Source: Patescibacteria group bacterium (lineage in GTDB: Bacteria > Patescibacteriota > Microgenomatia > UBA8517). Taken from it: a stretch of DNA of 64,000 nucleotides. A model generated the notes under the pieces. It did not search any database, was not told the origin of the DNA, and was given only the letters and a program-made list of their open reading frames with translations. The stretch covers positions 4,453 through 68,452 of the forward strand of contig JBBRBD010000003.1 in NCBI GenBank assembly GCA_038206135.1, read 5' to 3'. The position numbers and the translations under genes were made by a program. Shown here piece by piece: positions 39,380 to 48,712 of the stretch (position 1 is its first letter; each line of letters starts with the position of its first letter).

Positions 39380-40102
39380 CTAGCGAATACTGACGGCATG
39401 TGGCCCGTCACATTGAAGGTGCGTGAGTGCGTTGTAAACGCTCACATAAACGTTCTTCACCTTCTTGTCTGACAATACCAAGTCAAAAGGCAAATTGTAG
39501 TGGTCGGACCCAATTCCGTAGCTCCCACTCAAATCCGGATCAGACTGAACAGACCATACTTTTGTGCCTTCAGTCGAGCTGACAACGACAGTATAGGGTC
39601 GAGCGCCTTCTCCCATCTTCTGGATAAACACGGTCAACGTATTCGACTTCTTGTCGTAGCTGACGGCAAAGCCGCTGGCCACATAAAAGCGACAGTCATC
39701 CACGCCGTGGCCCATCAGGGCATAATTGACACCCGGAACTGATGTTGTAGTTCCACCAGTTGTCGGAGGCGCGGGATCCCACTCGGGGATATGAACATTC
39801 AGTGATGAGCATTCAGTGCCCGGAACAGCCAAGGAAATCAACTGGTTATTCCGAGGTACAGCATTATAATCAAGGTCGATTCCTCCGCTCCAGCCATCGC
39901 CAACTGTAATAGTCGGACCATTCGGCCATGTCAACTGACCATCTGTGCCACCGGTGTGGACTTCAATTTCCACATGATTGACAGTTTGACTGACCTTAGT
40001 CACGGAGCACGCCGAATCTGCGGCCATTGTTGCTGCAACTGGAACCAAAGTCAGCAGGCTCGATACAAAAAATGCCAATGCCAAAACTAAATTGCGTTTC
40101 AT
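39380..40102 (-). CDS. Secreted hypothetical protein
   Basis: Signal peptide MKRNLVLALAFFVSSLLTLVPVAATMA. No anchor and no recognised domain. Confidence 0.5.
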   Translation of the reverse strand: MKRNLVLALAFFVSSLLTLVPVAATMAADSACSVTKVSQTVNHVEIEVHTGGTDGQLTWPNGPTITVGDGWSGGIDLDYNAVPRNNQLISLAVPGTECSSLNVHIPEWDPAPPTTGGTTTSVPGVNYALMGHGVDDCRFYVASGFAVSYDKKSNTLTVFIQKMGEGARPYTVVVSSTEGTKVWSVQSDPDLSGSYGIGSDHYNLPFDLVLSDKKVKNVYVSVYNALTHLQCDGPHAVSIR

Positions 40103-40191
40103 TGTGAAAAATCTCCCTACAAATATACGAATTATGAAACCTTTTGAGTTATGTACTCAAATGAGCTCCACAAGTTACTTACTATAGCATA

Positions 40192-43100
40192 CTATTTGGA
40201 TTTAATCAAGCTATAGGTTGCTACTATTAATATTCCAAATCCTAAAAACTCGAGAGCTTCTGGTAGATAAAAGATATATAAAATGTTCGTGTTTTCAGGC
40301 ACAACCCAACCGTTTTCCCAACCATTTACTGTTATGTGTTCAAGTTTTTTACCACTAACTGATAGTGCGATCCACCCATTCTCATACGCTTGATTAAATG
40401 CCACTATTCCCTTTCCAGTTGTTTCCACTTTAGTTATTAATCCAGCGCTTGCCGTATGTCTAACTTTCAGTTCGTTATTTGAAACAATCGATTCTTTTGG
40501 ACCAATTCCAATTTCAGAAAGCCAATTCAAGGGTATTGGTGAAAATGAAATTTCAGTAAGTGAATTTTGAGATGCAATAGAGTCAAAGGCTCTTGTTTCA
40601 AGATTTACAACATATCCACCATCACCACTGGCAAATGGTAATAATGTATATTCTTGTGAGAATGTATTTTTAGGAAGTAGTTCCTCCGTGTCCATGTGTT
40701 CAGATTGCTTATTTTCTAAATAAAACTTCACACTTCTTCCGGATTCGTTGTGTCCTGATATTTTCATGACATAAGCTTGGGTTTGTAATAGCTGAGGATA
40801 ATCGAAATAATCACAACTCACACCGTTATTGGAAGCTTTATATACTACTTCGTTCCCTATAAAGTTCTTAGTAACTTCCCCCTTTTCAGGAACCGAACAA
40901 TTAACCGCAGTTGAGTGCCCTCTTTGTAGTAAGAAGTTTTCTGAAATGATTTGGGACTCAAAATATGAGACTGAAATTTGGTGAACGCTCTCGAGAGGAA
41001 TATTCTGTTCACTCGCAAAGATGCCATAATTGGATCCAAAGTCTACATAATTCCGAGAAATTTCAGGGTAATACTTCAGATTTAAATTATCGTAAGTTGA
41101 CACTGAAGCTGCATTCGGCTGAGATTGTCCGACAAATGCAAACCAATAATTTCCCGACTCCAAAGGAGTCATTGATTTGATAGTACGCCCTCCAAAAACT
41201 TCTGTTGCGGTTGGTGGCAACACGTTCACACAACCGTCCTTCCCAATTTGGTTTAAACAAAAGAGGGAGCTACTCCCTGTTGGACTCATAAATGTAGTCT
41301 CATAGAGGGCTGATTTTGAAAGTGTCACGAGTGAGCCAATACAAACGGATTGATCATGACTGGTCAAACTAAATCCATTTGGAAGGGTTGTAAGTCCTCC
41401 TTCATTTGTCGGATCAATACACCAAGATGCATTTTTATCCTTTAGGTCAGATAAGAAACCTTTGTTTTCAATAGGATTTTTAGTAAATAATTGTAATTTT
41501 GTTTTCCCCGTTGAATTGACATCAATTACGCCTATCGCATGAAATGACTCGTCTGTTTGTATGTCTGAAATATCAAAAACTGTACTTTCTATTGCCAAAT
41601 ATCCTGCATTAGCATTACTCGACAAACTGGTCGTAATGTAAACGGGGCTTGAATCTAGTTCTTTTCCATCAATTGAAATTTTTGGTTGAATTAAATCTAG
41701 TCGCACACTTATGTTTAGTTTGGTTTTCAAGACAGAGACCTTAACCGGCAAAACCGCTTCACGCTTCACAATATTTGGGATAGTCAAACTTTGGTTTTTA
41801 AGCTCAGGTGTGGTTGCTTTCAGAGTAATCCAGTTGTTTTCGGATGTTGAATTCATTTCACGAGAATCAAAGTTTACGAATGGTTTCCATACTCCACCGA
41901 GCCCAGAAACATAAGTGCCATATTGATCAAATGCATAATCAACAGGAGAATACGTAGCATTTGCTGACACTTTTGAATATGGTGACGGGGTCGTAACATC
42001 CGACTGTTGAATATCTAACTTATATATTTCAATAAAACCATACGTAGCTACCTTTTGGATGTGTGGTACCTTTGACAAAAATTTCTCTGTATCTTTTGAT
42101 AATTTTGTTTTGTCAGTTACTCCTGGATCAAATATTGAACCATCAAGAACAAGATACTGTACTTGGTATTTTTCAAGAAGTGAGTGGAAAGTCTCGGTAT
42201 CATTTGCATAATACGAACGACTCAATTCTTTGTAAAAAGTTTCATTTTGTGCATTCCAACGATCGAAGTCTCGCGTTAGATACGGGTTATCAACTCCAAA
42301 CCAGAAGAACCCAGCACCTTGATATCCCCATGAGTTATATTGCCAACCCCACATGGTGTTTAAAGGCATTTGTGCAATTCTGCCTGTATTTCCCTTAAAC
42401 CAGTTAAATGCATCAAAGTATTCAGTCGGAATTGAGACACGCATTAAAGGGCTCACGAGACCGTCTGAAAATGCGGGCTTCATAAGTAACCCTAAACTGG
42501 AAAGAAGAAAAACAACTAGTACGAATGGAATTATTACTAACTTTTTAATTTTTGAAATAACTTCGAACAAAAATGCTAGAAAGAAAGCAGCATAATATGC
42601 CAAGAAGAAGCTAAATATCGTCGAGAACTTAGTAAAGGAGTCTCGAAAACCTTCGGCTAAAATACCACTGTGGCTTTGTAAAAATGTATAGAAACCTCCA
42701 AATGGACCGTTTATATTCATAAGTACAAATATAGACAGTACTGTTGGAATAATGAGTGAAACGCCTAATTTGTTTTTCTTAAAAATGGAAACTATGATTC
42801 CCAAAAGTGATAAAACCGCAAATAGAGTTGGGATAGCGGCAATTGCTGGATTTGATAAATGACTGTTCCAATTTGAAAGTAAATCAACGAATGCATTTTT
42901 TTGAAAGTCGTATGCTTGCCATGAGAATAAATAATTCTTTTGAGATATGACATTCACTAAACTCCCCCATGCTTCATTATGTAAAACAGCTTCAGGGGTA
43001 AACAATTCATTGATGTGAGCACTCGCAATTTCTTGCGACTGGTTTTTAATTGAATACAAATTTGGAAGGAGCCAATACGCGTTTGTCGCAAAAAGTGCAA

Positions 43101-43851
43101 CCAGAATAAGTGCTGCATTTCGAATAGCATTTTTATTGACTCTTGTTAACACTGCATACACCAAAATTGTTATTGAAAATAGGGCTGCATATGCGTAGAA
43201 AAGTGTTGCTGCATACGCTTGTGAACTGCCTAAGAAACTCGCAATTACAAAGGTCACCAGATATCTCTTTTTGCTTGTTTCTAAATAAGAAATGGCTGAC
43301 AAAAACAACCACGGCAAAACCGCAAACTGAGTGGTGAACATTTCAAATGGAACTGCAAAACGTTGGACTGTTCCCAGATTAAGTACATAACTAGCAGCAC
43401 CAACTGTAGCAGCAAGGAGAGCCGCCGTGGAAGTACTTTTATTAAAGAACTTTTTAAGCGCAAAAAACATTCCTACAGGCCCAACAATTAAACACAAGAA
43501 TACATATGAATAGCGTAAAAATTGAAGCGGCAACACAAATGAAGTTAATTTTAAGTATAAAAGTCTTGGCAATTCACTCATATGAGAGTGAGCGGCAATT
43601 GCACCTAACCCTTGGTCACTTCTCCATACACCATTTAAGACTGAGGAAAAAGCATGAGTAAAGTTAAATTCAGGGTGCAAAGTATCCCATCCGGTTAAAA
43701 ATGTGTTTGGAGTGTAGCTTTTAAAGCACAGCCAAAGTGTTATTAAAAAAATGGTGAACGGAAGCACCCACGAAGATATGCCTAAAGGCATAGTGGGCTT
43801 AACTATCTTTTTTCGAAGATGTGTGAATACTTTTGAAAGTATTTTTTTCAT
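40192..43851 (-). CDS. Large (1,219 aa) polytopic membrane protein: ~13 N-terminal TM helices, a ~650-aa extracytoplasmic domain and a C-terminal TM helix. GT-C-like glycosyltransferase candidate (YfhO/AftD-like).
   Basis: The hydrophobic helix pattern runs through residue ~480. There is a WD motif in the first extracytoplasmic loop (TGWDTLHPEF). A long beta-rich C-terminal region ends in LGFGILIVATYSLIKSK. The family assignment is inference only. Confidence 0.4.
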   Translation of the reverse strand: MKKILSKVFTHLRKKIVKPTMPLGISSWVLPFTIFLITLWLCFKSYTPNTFLTGWDTLHPEFNFTHAFSSVLNGVWRSDQGLGAIAAHSHMSELPRLLYLKLTSFVLPLQFLRYSYVFLCLIVGPVGMFFALKKFFNKSTSTAALLAATVGAASYVLNLGTVQRFAVPFEMFTTQFAVLPWLFLSAISYLETSKKRYLVTFVIASFLGSSQAYAATLFYAYAALFSITILVYAVLTRVNKNAIRNAALILVALFATNAYWLLPNLYSIKNQSQEIASAHINELFTPEAVLHNEAWGSLVNVISQKNYLFSWQAYDFQKNAFVDLLSNWNSHLSNPAIAAIPTLFAVLSLLGIIVSIFKKNKLGVSLIIPTVLSIFVLMNINGPFGGFYTFLQSHSGILAEGFRDSFTKFSTIFSFFLAYYAAFFLAFLFEVISKIKKLVIIPFVLVVFLLSSLGLLMKPAFSDGLVSPLMRVSIPTEYFDAFNWFKGNTGRIAQMPLNTMWGWQYNSWGYQGAGFFWFGVDNPYLTRDFDRWNAQNETFYKELSRSYYANDTETFHSLLEKYQVQYLVLDGSIFDPGVTDKTKLSKDTEKFLSKVPHIQKVATYGFIEIYKLDIQQSDVTTPSPYSKVSANATYSPVDYAFDQYGTYVSGLGGVWKPFVNFDSREMNSTSENNWITLKATTPELKNQSLTIPNIVKREAVLPVKVSVLKTKLNISVRLDLIQPKISIDGKELDSSPVYITTSLSSNANAGYLAIESTVFDISDIQTDESFHAIGVIDVNSTGKTKLQLFTKNPIENKGFLSDLKDKNASWCIDPTNEGGLTTLPNGFSLTSHDQSVCIGSLVTLSKSALYETTFMSPTGSSSLFCLNQIGKDGCVNVLPPTATEVFGGRTIKSMTPLESGNYWFAFVGQSQPNAASVSTYDNLNLKYYPEISRNYVDFGSNYGIFASEQNIPLESVHQISVSYFESQIISENFLLQRGHSTAVNCSVPEKGEVTKNFIGNEVVYKASNNGVSCDYFDYPQLLQTQAYVMKISGHNESGRSVKFYLENKQSEHMDTEELLPKNTFSQEYTLLPFASGDGGYVVNLETRAFDSIASQNSLTEISFSPIPLNWLSEIGIGPKESIVSNNELKVRHTASAGLITKVETTGKGIVAFNQAYENGWIALSVSGKKLEHITVNGWENGWVVPENTNILYIFYLPEALEFLGFGILIVATYSLIKSK

Positions 43852-43939
43852 CCCTCAACTAACAATATATAAATTATAAGTTCAGGTGATGATGGGGACG
43901 AGTTTTTAATACTCGTCCCCTCATTAGACAATTGAGGTT

Positions 43940-44881
43940 TTAAGGTGCAGGTGTTGCCGTCGCCGGAATAATATCAGTGGGTAACGGCGGCGCTGGTTTC
44001 AAGTACTCAGTTAAGTCCTCATAACCAGTTTTTTTATTATACGCACCGAACAATGCCGGTATCCAGTTCACACCGTCATAGGTGATAAAGGCGTGGATAT
44101 TCACGACATCACAATAGGTGATTTCGTTTTGTTTGGTACCTTTAATGCTCGCGCAGTTCTTTGGATTCAACTTAGCATAGGGCAACTCGCCTTTTGGCGT
44201 TTCTGCCCATGCTTTGATCGCGGGCTTACTTTCGTAAACCATCATCTTGATTTGTGCTGCCACCACAGAGCCTATTTCATCGCCGGTCAAACCATCTTTG
44301 CTGGAGTAATAACCCCAGTAGCAACCGTAACTTTCAACCAAGCCCAACGAGCCCGGAGCAATCGGTTTGCCAGACAAATTCACAAAGGTGGAGATGTCGG
44401 TCTCGCTACCCGTTAATCCAACGGCGCGCATCCCGACAGGGATCCAATTGCCTTCTCCAAGCCGTTTCATCAACGGATCAAATAAATCAGGCAAAATGGA
44501 ATACGGATATTCGCTGGCTTCGAGGCCGACAACGCCATATAGACTGGCATATTGAGCCTTCGTTCCTGCGGGCATATCCTGAAATAGGTATGGAGCGTCG
44601 CACGTCATGATAATACCGCTGTTATTTGGAAGTGCAATCGGACCAGAGGCCGCGGCACCTTCCTTTGTTGAACAGGGAAAACGGGTATCAAGAGGGTTCG
44701 CGTCGAAGCACTTTGGTGCAACGGGCACCCAGATTACAGAATCAACGGCATAGTCAGGCAGTTTATCAGCGCCAGTAGGCGGTGGAGGCACGGTAACCCG
44801 TTCCGCTCCAAGCACACTCCCCAGGCTGAAAACCGAAAACAAAATTGCCAAAGACAAACTTAAGAACAGTGACTTACGCAT
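43940..44881 (-). CDS. Secreted hypothetical protein
   Basis: Signal peptide MRKSLFLSLSLAILFSVFSLGSVLGA and a Pro-rich C-terminus. Confidence 0.5.
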   Translation of the reverse strand: MRKSLFLSLSLAILFSVFSLGSVLGAERVTVPPPPTGADKLPDYAVDSVIWVPVAPKCFDANPLDTRFPCSTKEGAAASGPIALPNNSGIIMTCDAPYLFQDMPAGTKAQYASLYGVVGLEASEYPYSILPDLFDPLMKRLGEGNWIPVGMRAVGLTGSETDISTFVNLSGKPIAPGSLGLVESYGCYWGYYSSKDGLTGDEIGSVVAAQIKMMVYESKPAIKAWAETPKGELPYAKLNPKNCASIKGTKQNEITYCDVVNIHAFITYDGVNWIPALFGAYNKKTGYEDLTEYLKPAPPLPTDIIPATATPAP

Positions 44882-44981
44882 AGCGTTTCTCCTTATTTTT
44901 TTACGTTTTGAACTGAAAAAACCTCTCTGGAAGCTTGTCTAGAGCTTATTTGCCAGAGTGAGTTTTTTCAGTATGTTTTTG

Positions 44982-45245
44982 TTAAAGTGCAGCTCTTTTT
45001 GATTTTAAATACAAAACACCAGAAAGAGTGACAAAAGCAAAACCAATGAGGGGCAAATTGAAGTCAGCAATTCCTGTTTTAACGGGGGTGTGAAACTCTG
45101 GAGTTGCTGCACCACAAACGACTGCTCCTCCGTACTGAGTAACACAGGTTGTTTCTGCATACGCAAAAACAGGGCTCATTAACATGGCCATCGATAAAAT
45201 AAAACTGATTACAAATTTTTTAATCATAAAATTCTTTAAAATCAC
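44982..45245 (-). CDS. Small (87 aa) secreted protein with a C-terminal sorting-signal-like tail (…TPVKTGIADF + TM + KSKR). Candidate sortase substrate.
   Basis: Signal peptide MILKNFMIKKFVISFILSMAMLMSPVFAYA. The mature ~57 aa carry 2 Cys. The C-terminus is KTGIADFNLPLIGFAFVTLSGVLYLKSKRAAL. Located immediately downstream of a sortase gene. Confidence 0.55.
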   Translation of the reverse strand: MILKNFMIKKFVISFILSMAMLMSPVFAYAETTCVTQYGGAVVCGAATPEFHTPVKTGIADFNLPLIGFAFVTLSGVLYLKSKRAAL

Positions 45246-45304
45246 AACTACCTGAAGGATTGAATACTATATCATGACATAAACCTATTGTCAACAACTA
45301 CAGG

Positions 45305-46009
45305 TTATACTTGCAACAACTTCGCATAAACAATTACTCGGATATCTGAAGTTAAGTCTTCACAAGTGTACAAAACAAGGTCAGCATTGTAATCAGTAAT
45401 TGTCTTTGATTCTTCTTTTTTGTATATGCCATACACGTATTTTCGCTGTCGCCAGACGATTTCAATGACGTCACCTTCTTTTACTTTTGGTAAATTATAA
45501 AAGGATTGATGTAATCTAAAATCTAAACTCCAGGCTAAATAGCCAAATCTATGTGCTGCAAGAATAGTTGGAGCCTCACGGTTATATGGCGTTCCAAAGT
45601 CATTCACCCGCCAAACGCCTTGTTTTAGAGCATCCTCATAATTACCGTCAAGTGCTTCTTCAATAGATGTTTTTATGCCTACAGATGATATTGAAATACT
45701 GTTTGTAACCGGTAAACTTGAATCAAATGCAGGCTGGTAACTATACCTTTTTTCGGCTGGCAAATCTTTCGCTGACACAGTTCCTCGTAAAATTGCAGAA
45801 ATTCCAGCACTTCCCTCTAGTGAATAATACAGAGATGGTCCGTATGAAATGGCCAGAAAAAGAAGCCCAACACCTGCAAGCGCAAATGAAATTTTTTGAG
45901 TTAGTGAGCGCATCTTTGGAGCAGCAATACCTTTAGCCTCGTATTCCACAACGAATGCCTCCGGGAAAGGAGGTGCTTCAAATAAACTAGCAGGTAAATA
46001 TAATTGCAT
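45305..46009 (-). CDS. Sortase family transpeptidase (second copy)
   Basis: Catalytic His TILAAHRFGY, the GDVIEIV…YVYGIY beta strands, the Cys motif LVLYTCEDL, and Arg IRVIVYA. The probable true start is the internal Met at 45913 (MRSLTQKISFALAGVGLLFLAI gives the TM anchor). Confidence 0.7.
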   Translation of the reverse strand: MQLYLPASLFEAPPFPEAFVVEYEAKGIAAPKMRSLTQKISFALAGVGLLFLAISYGPSLYYSLEGSAGISAILRGTVSAKDLPAEKRYSYQPAFDSSLPVTNSISISSVGIKTSIEEALDGNYEDALKQGVWRVNDFGTPYNREAPTILAAHRFGYLAWSLDFRLHQSFYNLPKVKEGDVIEIVWRQRKYVYGIYKKEESKTITDYNADLVLYTCEDLTSDIRVIVYAKLLQV

Positions 46010-46356
46010 AAGTGTATATAGTATTTTTGGAAGTGCTTAAAAAAATCAGCCGTGTGAGACGGAGGTAGTGTCACCTGCCCTTTGACACCAACCTCCGGCC
46101 CCCAAAGCCGATTCTCCTTTTACTTGACAACCCAATTCAATCAGGTTAGTCTTAAACTAATCAAATTTGCATCGCTTTCCGCTACGGTTCATTAGTCGTG
46201 TGTCGACTAACTTTCCCAACGATTGTGATGCTTTTTTGTGCGTAGCGTACTATATCATCCACAATGGTTTTTGTCAATTGAGCGTGGATGAATTTTTGTG
46301 GTTTTTAGGCACAAAAGGACCCCCAAACAGGGGGCCATCGAAAATCGAGAAAACCT

Positions 46357-46731
46357 CTATTTCAGAAGCGACAATACTTCTTTTGCAGCGGGTGGCTGTA
46401 ACCGCATAGTGTGCCACATTCCACAAAAAACAAAAACTACCTCTGCCTCAACTCTGAACCAGAGTTGGTTTGATCCATCGATCAAACGCTCGATGCGAAC
46501 ATGATCAATACTGGTAGTATTAACCCACTTATCCATTTCTGGATCAAATGCTTCAATTAATCTATCTGGGCGGCAGCGCACAAGCTTTTGAGGACAGCCA
46601 CTTTCCAGATCTTCCTTATGAAAGTAGGCAGCTATTCTCAAACAACCCACACCGGGACCGCCTTTCGGCAGTGTTGATTCCTCTGACATTGCAGTAACAA
46701 TCATATCTGCGTTCATGCGAAGTCTCCTCAT
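46357..46731 (-). CDS. Hypothetical protein
   Basis: 124-aa ORF downstream of radA. No recognised motif. Confidence 0.35.
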   Translation of the reverse strand: MRRLRMNADMIVTAMSEESTLPKGGPGVGCLRIAAYFHKEDLESGCPQKLVRCRPDRLIEAFDPEMDKWVNTTSIDHVRIERLIDGSNQLWFRVEAEVVFVFCGMWHTMRLQPPAAKEVLSLLK

Positions 46732-46848
46732 ATTGCCGCAGGTAAATCCTAAGGCGTTAAAAAAATGCCAAACCGTTTATATCAGATTAAAGCCTTATAG
46801 TGATATTATCGCACTAAAAGAGTTAATTATCAAGTTATGGGGTATAAC

Positions 46849-48162
46849 TTATCTGAATATTTTCTTCACTAATTGCTGTAAATTTGAGGCTGTTGAGTGA
46901 CTATATACTGTTTTTAGTCCTTGGCGCTTGGCTTGTCTCATACGCTCTCCTTCGCGCAACACCGGTCGAATTTCCCCTAGCAAACCGACCTCTCCAATTG
47001 CAATACTTCCGTCTGGAAGCGCTTTATTTAGAACTGAACTTGCAAGGGACAATGCGATTGCAAGATCTGCCCCCGGCTCTTTTACATTAATTCCCCCCAC
47101 TACATTTACAAATACATCGTGGTCATAAAGAGGAAGTCGAACATGTTTTGTTAAAACGGCCAAAATAACATCAACTCGTTTTGCGTCAACACCAGAAGCA
47201 ACTCTTCTTGGAATCGGCATTTTTGTCGGAACAACTAAAGACTGAACCTCAACCAGAAGCGGACGGGAGCCTTCAAGCACTGAGGTGACGACTGACCCCG
47301 GTGCCGCTTCATGTGCATTTAAAAAGGCAGATTCAATGTCCACAACATTTACTAACCCCTCTTCCTGCATTCTGAATACGCCAATCTCGTCAGTTGCTCC
47401 AAAGCGGTTTTTAATTGAGCGAAGTATTCGTAAGTCCCGTTCGGTTTCCCCTTCAAACCAGCAAACGGTATCAACCATATGTGCAAGTGTTGCAGGACCC
47501 GCGACTGAACCTCCTTTCGTGATTTGCCCAACAAGAACAATCGGTACTTTATGCTTTTTTGCAAAGCGGGTAAGCCGGTGAGCACACTCTCTCACCTGTC
47601 CCACTGACCCAGGAATGCCCATCAAGTCTCGTGTTGAAATAGTTTGAATAGAATCAACAACAACAAGGCTTGGTGGCTTTTGGGAGGTGACCATGTCTTC
47701 CAATGTTGAAATAACTACATCAACATCAGTTACATCGAGTATTTCAATGTGAGAGGCATCAAGCTTTAATCTGTCTGATCGAATTTTAATTTGTATTGGA
47801 GATTCTTCACCTGCCACATACATACAAAGGTTTGCTTTTGCAGCAACTTGCAGTAAAAGTGTGGACTTCCCAATGCCAGGTTCACCAGCTAAAAGCACCA
47901 CATGTCCGGGGACAAGACCTCCACCCAAAACTCTATCAAGTTCCTCAATATTTGTTTGAGTGCGAACCAATGTTTCATTTTTAAGTGATGACAATATAAC
48001 TGGAGTTGCTGATCTGGCTGAAGAACCTGAAGACTTTTGACTTTCTTCGGGAAGTGTTTCAACAAGTGTTCCCCACTGATCACAATTCGGGCATTTTCCA
48101 GCCCATTTTGATTGTGAGTATCCACAGTTTTGACAAACATACAGTGAGTGTACTTTGGCCAT
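46849..48162 (-). CDS. radA: DNA repair protein RadA/Sms
   Basis: N-terminal C4 zinc finger (CQNCGYSQSKWAGKCPNC), Walker A GEPGIGKST, the KNRFG motif, and a C-terminal Lon-protease-like domain. Confidence 0.9.
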   Translation of the reverse strand: MAKVHSLYVCQNCGYSQSKWAGKCPNCDQWGTLVETLPEESQKSSGSSARSATPVILSSLKNETLVRTQTNIEELDRVLGGGLVPGHVVLLAGEPGIGKSTLLLQVAAKANLCMYVAGEESPIQIKIRSDRLKLDASHIEILDVTDVDVVISTLEDMVTSQKPPSLVVVDSIQTISTRDLMGIPGSVGQVRECAHRLTRFAKKHKVPIVLVGQITKGGSVAGPATLAHMVDTVCWFEGETERDLRILRSIKNRFGATDEIGVFRMQEEGLVNVVDIESAFLNAHEAAPGSVVTSVLEGSRPLLVEVQSLVVPTKMPIPRRVASGVDAKRVDVILAVLTKHVRLPLYDHDVFVNVVGGINVKEPGADLAIALSLASSVLNKALPDGSIAIGEVGLLGEIRPVLREGERMRQAKRQGLKTVYSHSTASNLQQLVKKIFR

Positions 48163-48211
48163 ACTTACACAGTATACAGATGGTTTCTAAAAAAACTATT
48201 GAAGAGAAAAA

Positions 48212-48709
48212 TTAATATTCGCTCGCGTAGTGAGTCATTAAATGACCAACGTTCTTTTGAACTTGGACAATTTGCTTGGAATCGTTTGTTATTGCTTTAC
48301 CATTTTGGTCAACGAGTCTAATAAAAACGACATCTCCATCTTTGACGGAACTTGAGAGCAGTATCTCAACATTTTTAGTGTCACCAGTCTGTAATAAAGC
48401 GCTCTTGCCGATAACAGCTTCTTTACTGTCATTACGAATTACATATAAATATGAAGGCTGAGAGACAGATACCTCATCTGCTGTAACTTTGTTTCCTGGG
48501 TCTACAATACCCACACTAATTGTAAAACCACTGGTTGGTTCCGGGTTAGTTCGCGCCTCAACAGGTGGCAGTGTAGGTAAAGCTTCAGCAACAAACCTTG
48601 ATTGTTTACTATATAAAAATATAGCTGCAAGTAGAAAAAGAACCAATATAACAACAATCACTAAAGCGTTACCTGTCTTCGATTTCTTGGGGTAGGATGC
48701 GGTATTCAT
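48212..48709 (-). CDS. Membrane-anchored hypothetical protein
   Basis: The N-terminus is a signal-anchor (ALVIVVILVLFLLAAIFLY). No recognised domain. Confidence 0.45.
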   Translation of the reverse strand: MNTASYPKKSKTGNALVIVVILVLFLLAAIFLYSKQSRFVAEALPTLPPVEARTNPEPTSGFTISVGIVDPGNKVTADEVSVSQPSYLYVIRNDSKEAVIGKSALLQTGDTKNVEILLSSSVKDGDVVFIRLVDQNGKAITNDSKQIVQVQKNVGHLMTHYASEY

Positions 48710-48712
48710 ATC

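Noticed and set aside
46010-46356. tmRNA / RNase P RNA / SRP RNA candidate
   Set aside because: None of the hallmark motifs was found: the tmRNA T-arm GGGGGUUCGAUUCCCCC, the RNase P P4 AGGAAAGUCCGG, or the SRP GNRA-domain motif. Only a generic hairpin is present.
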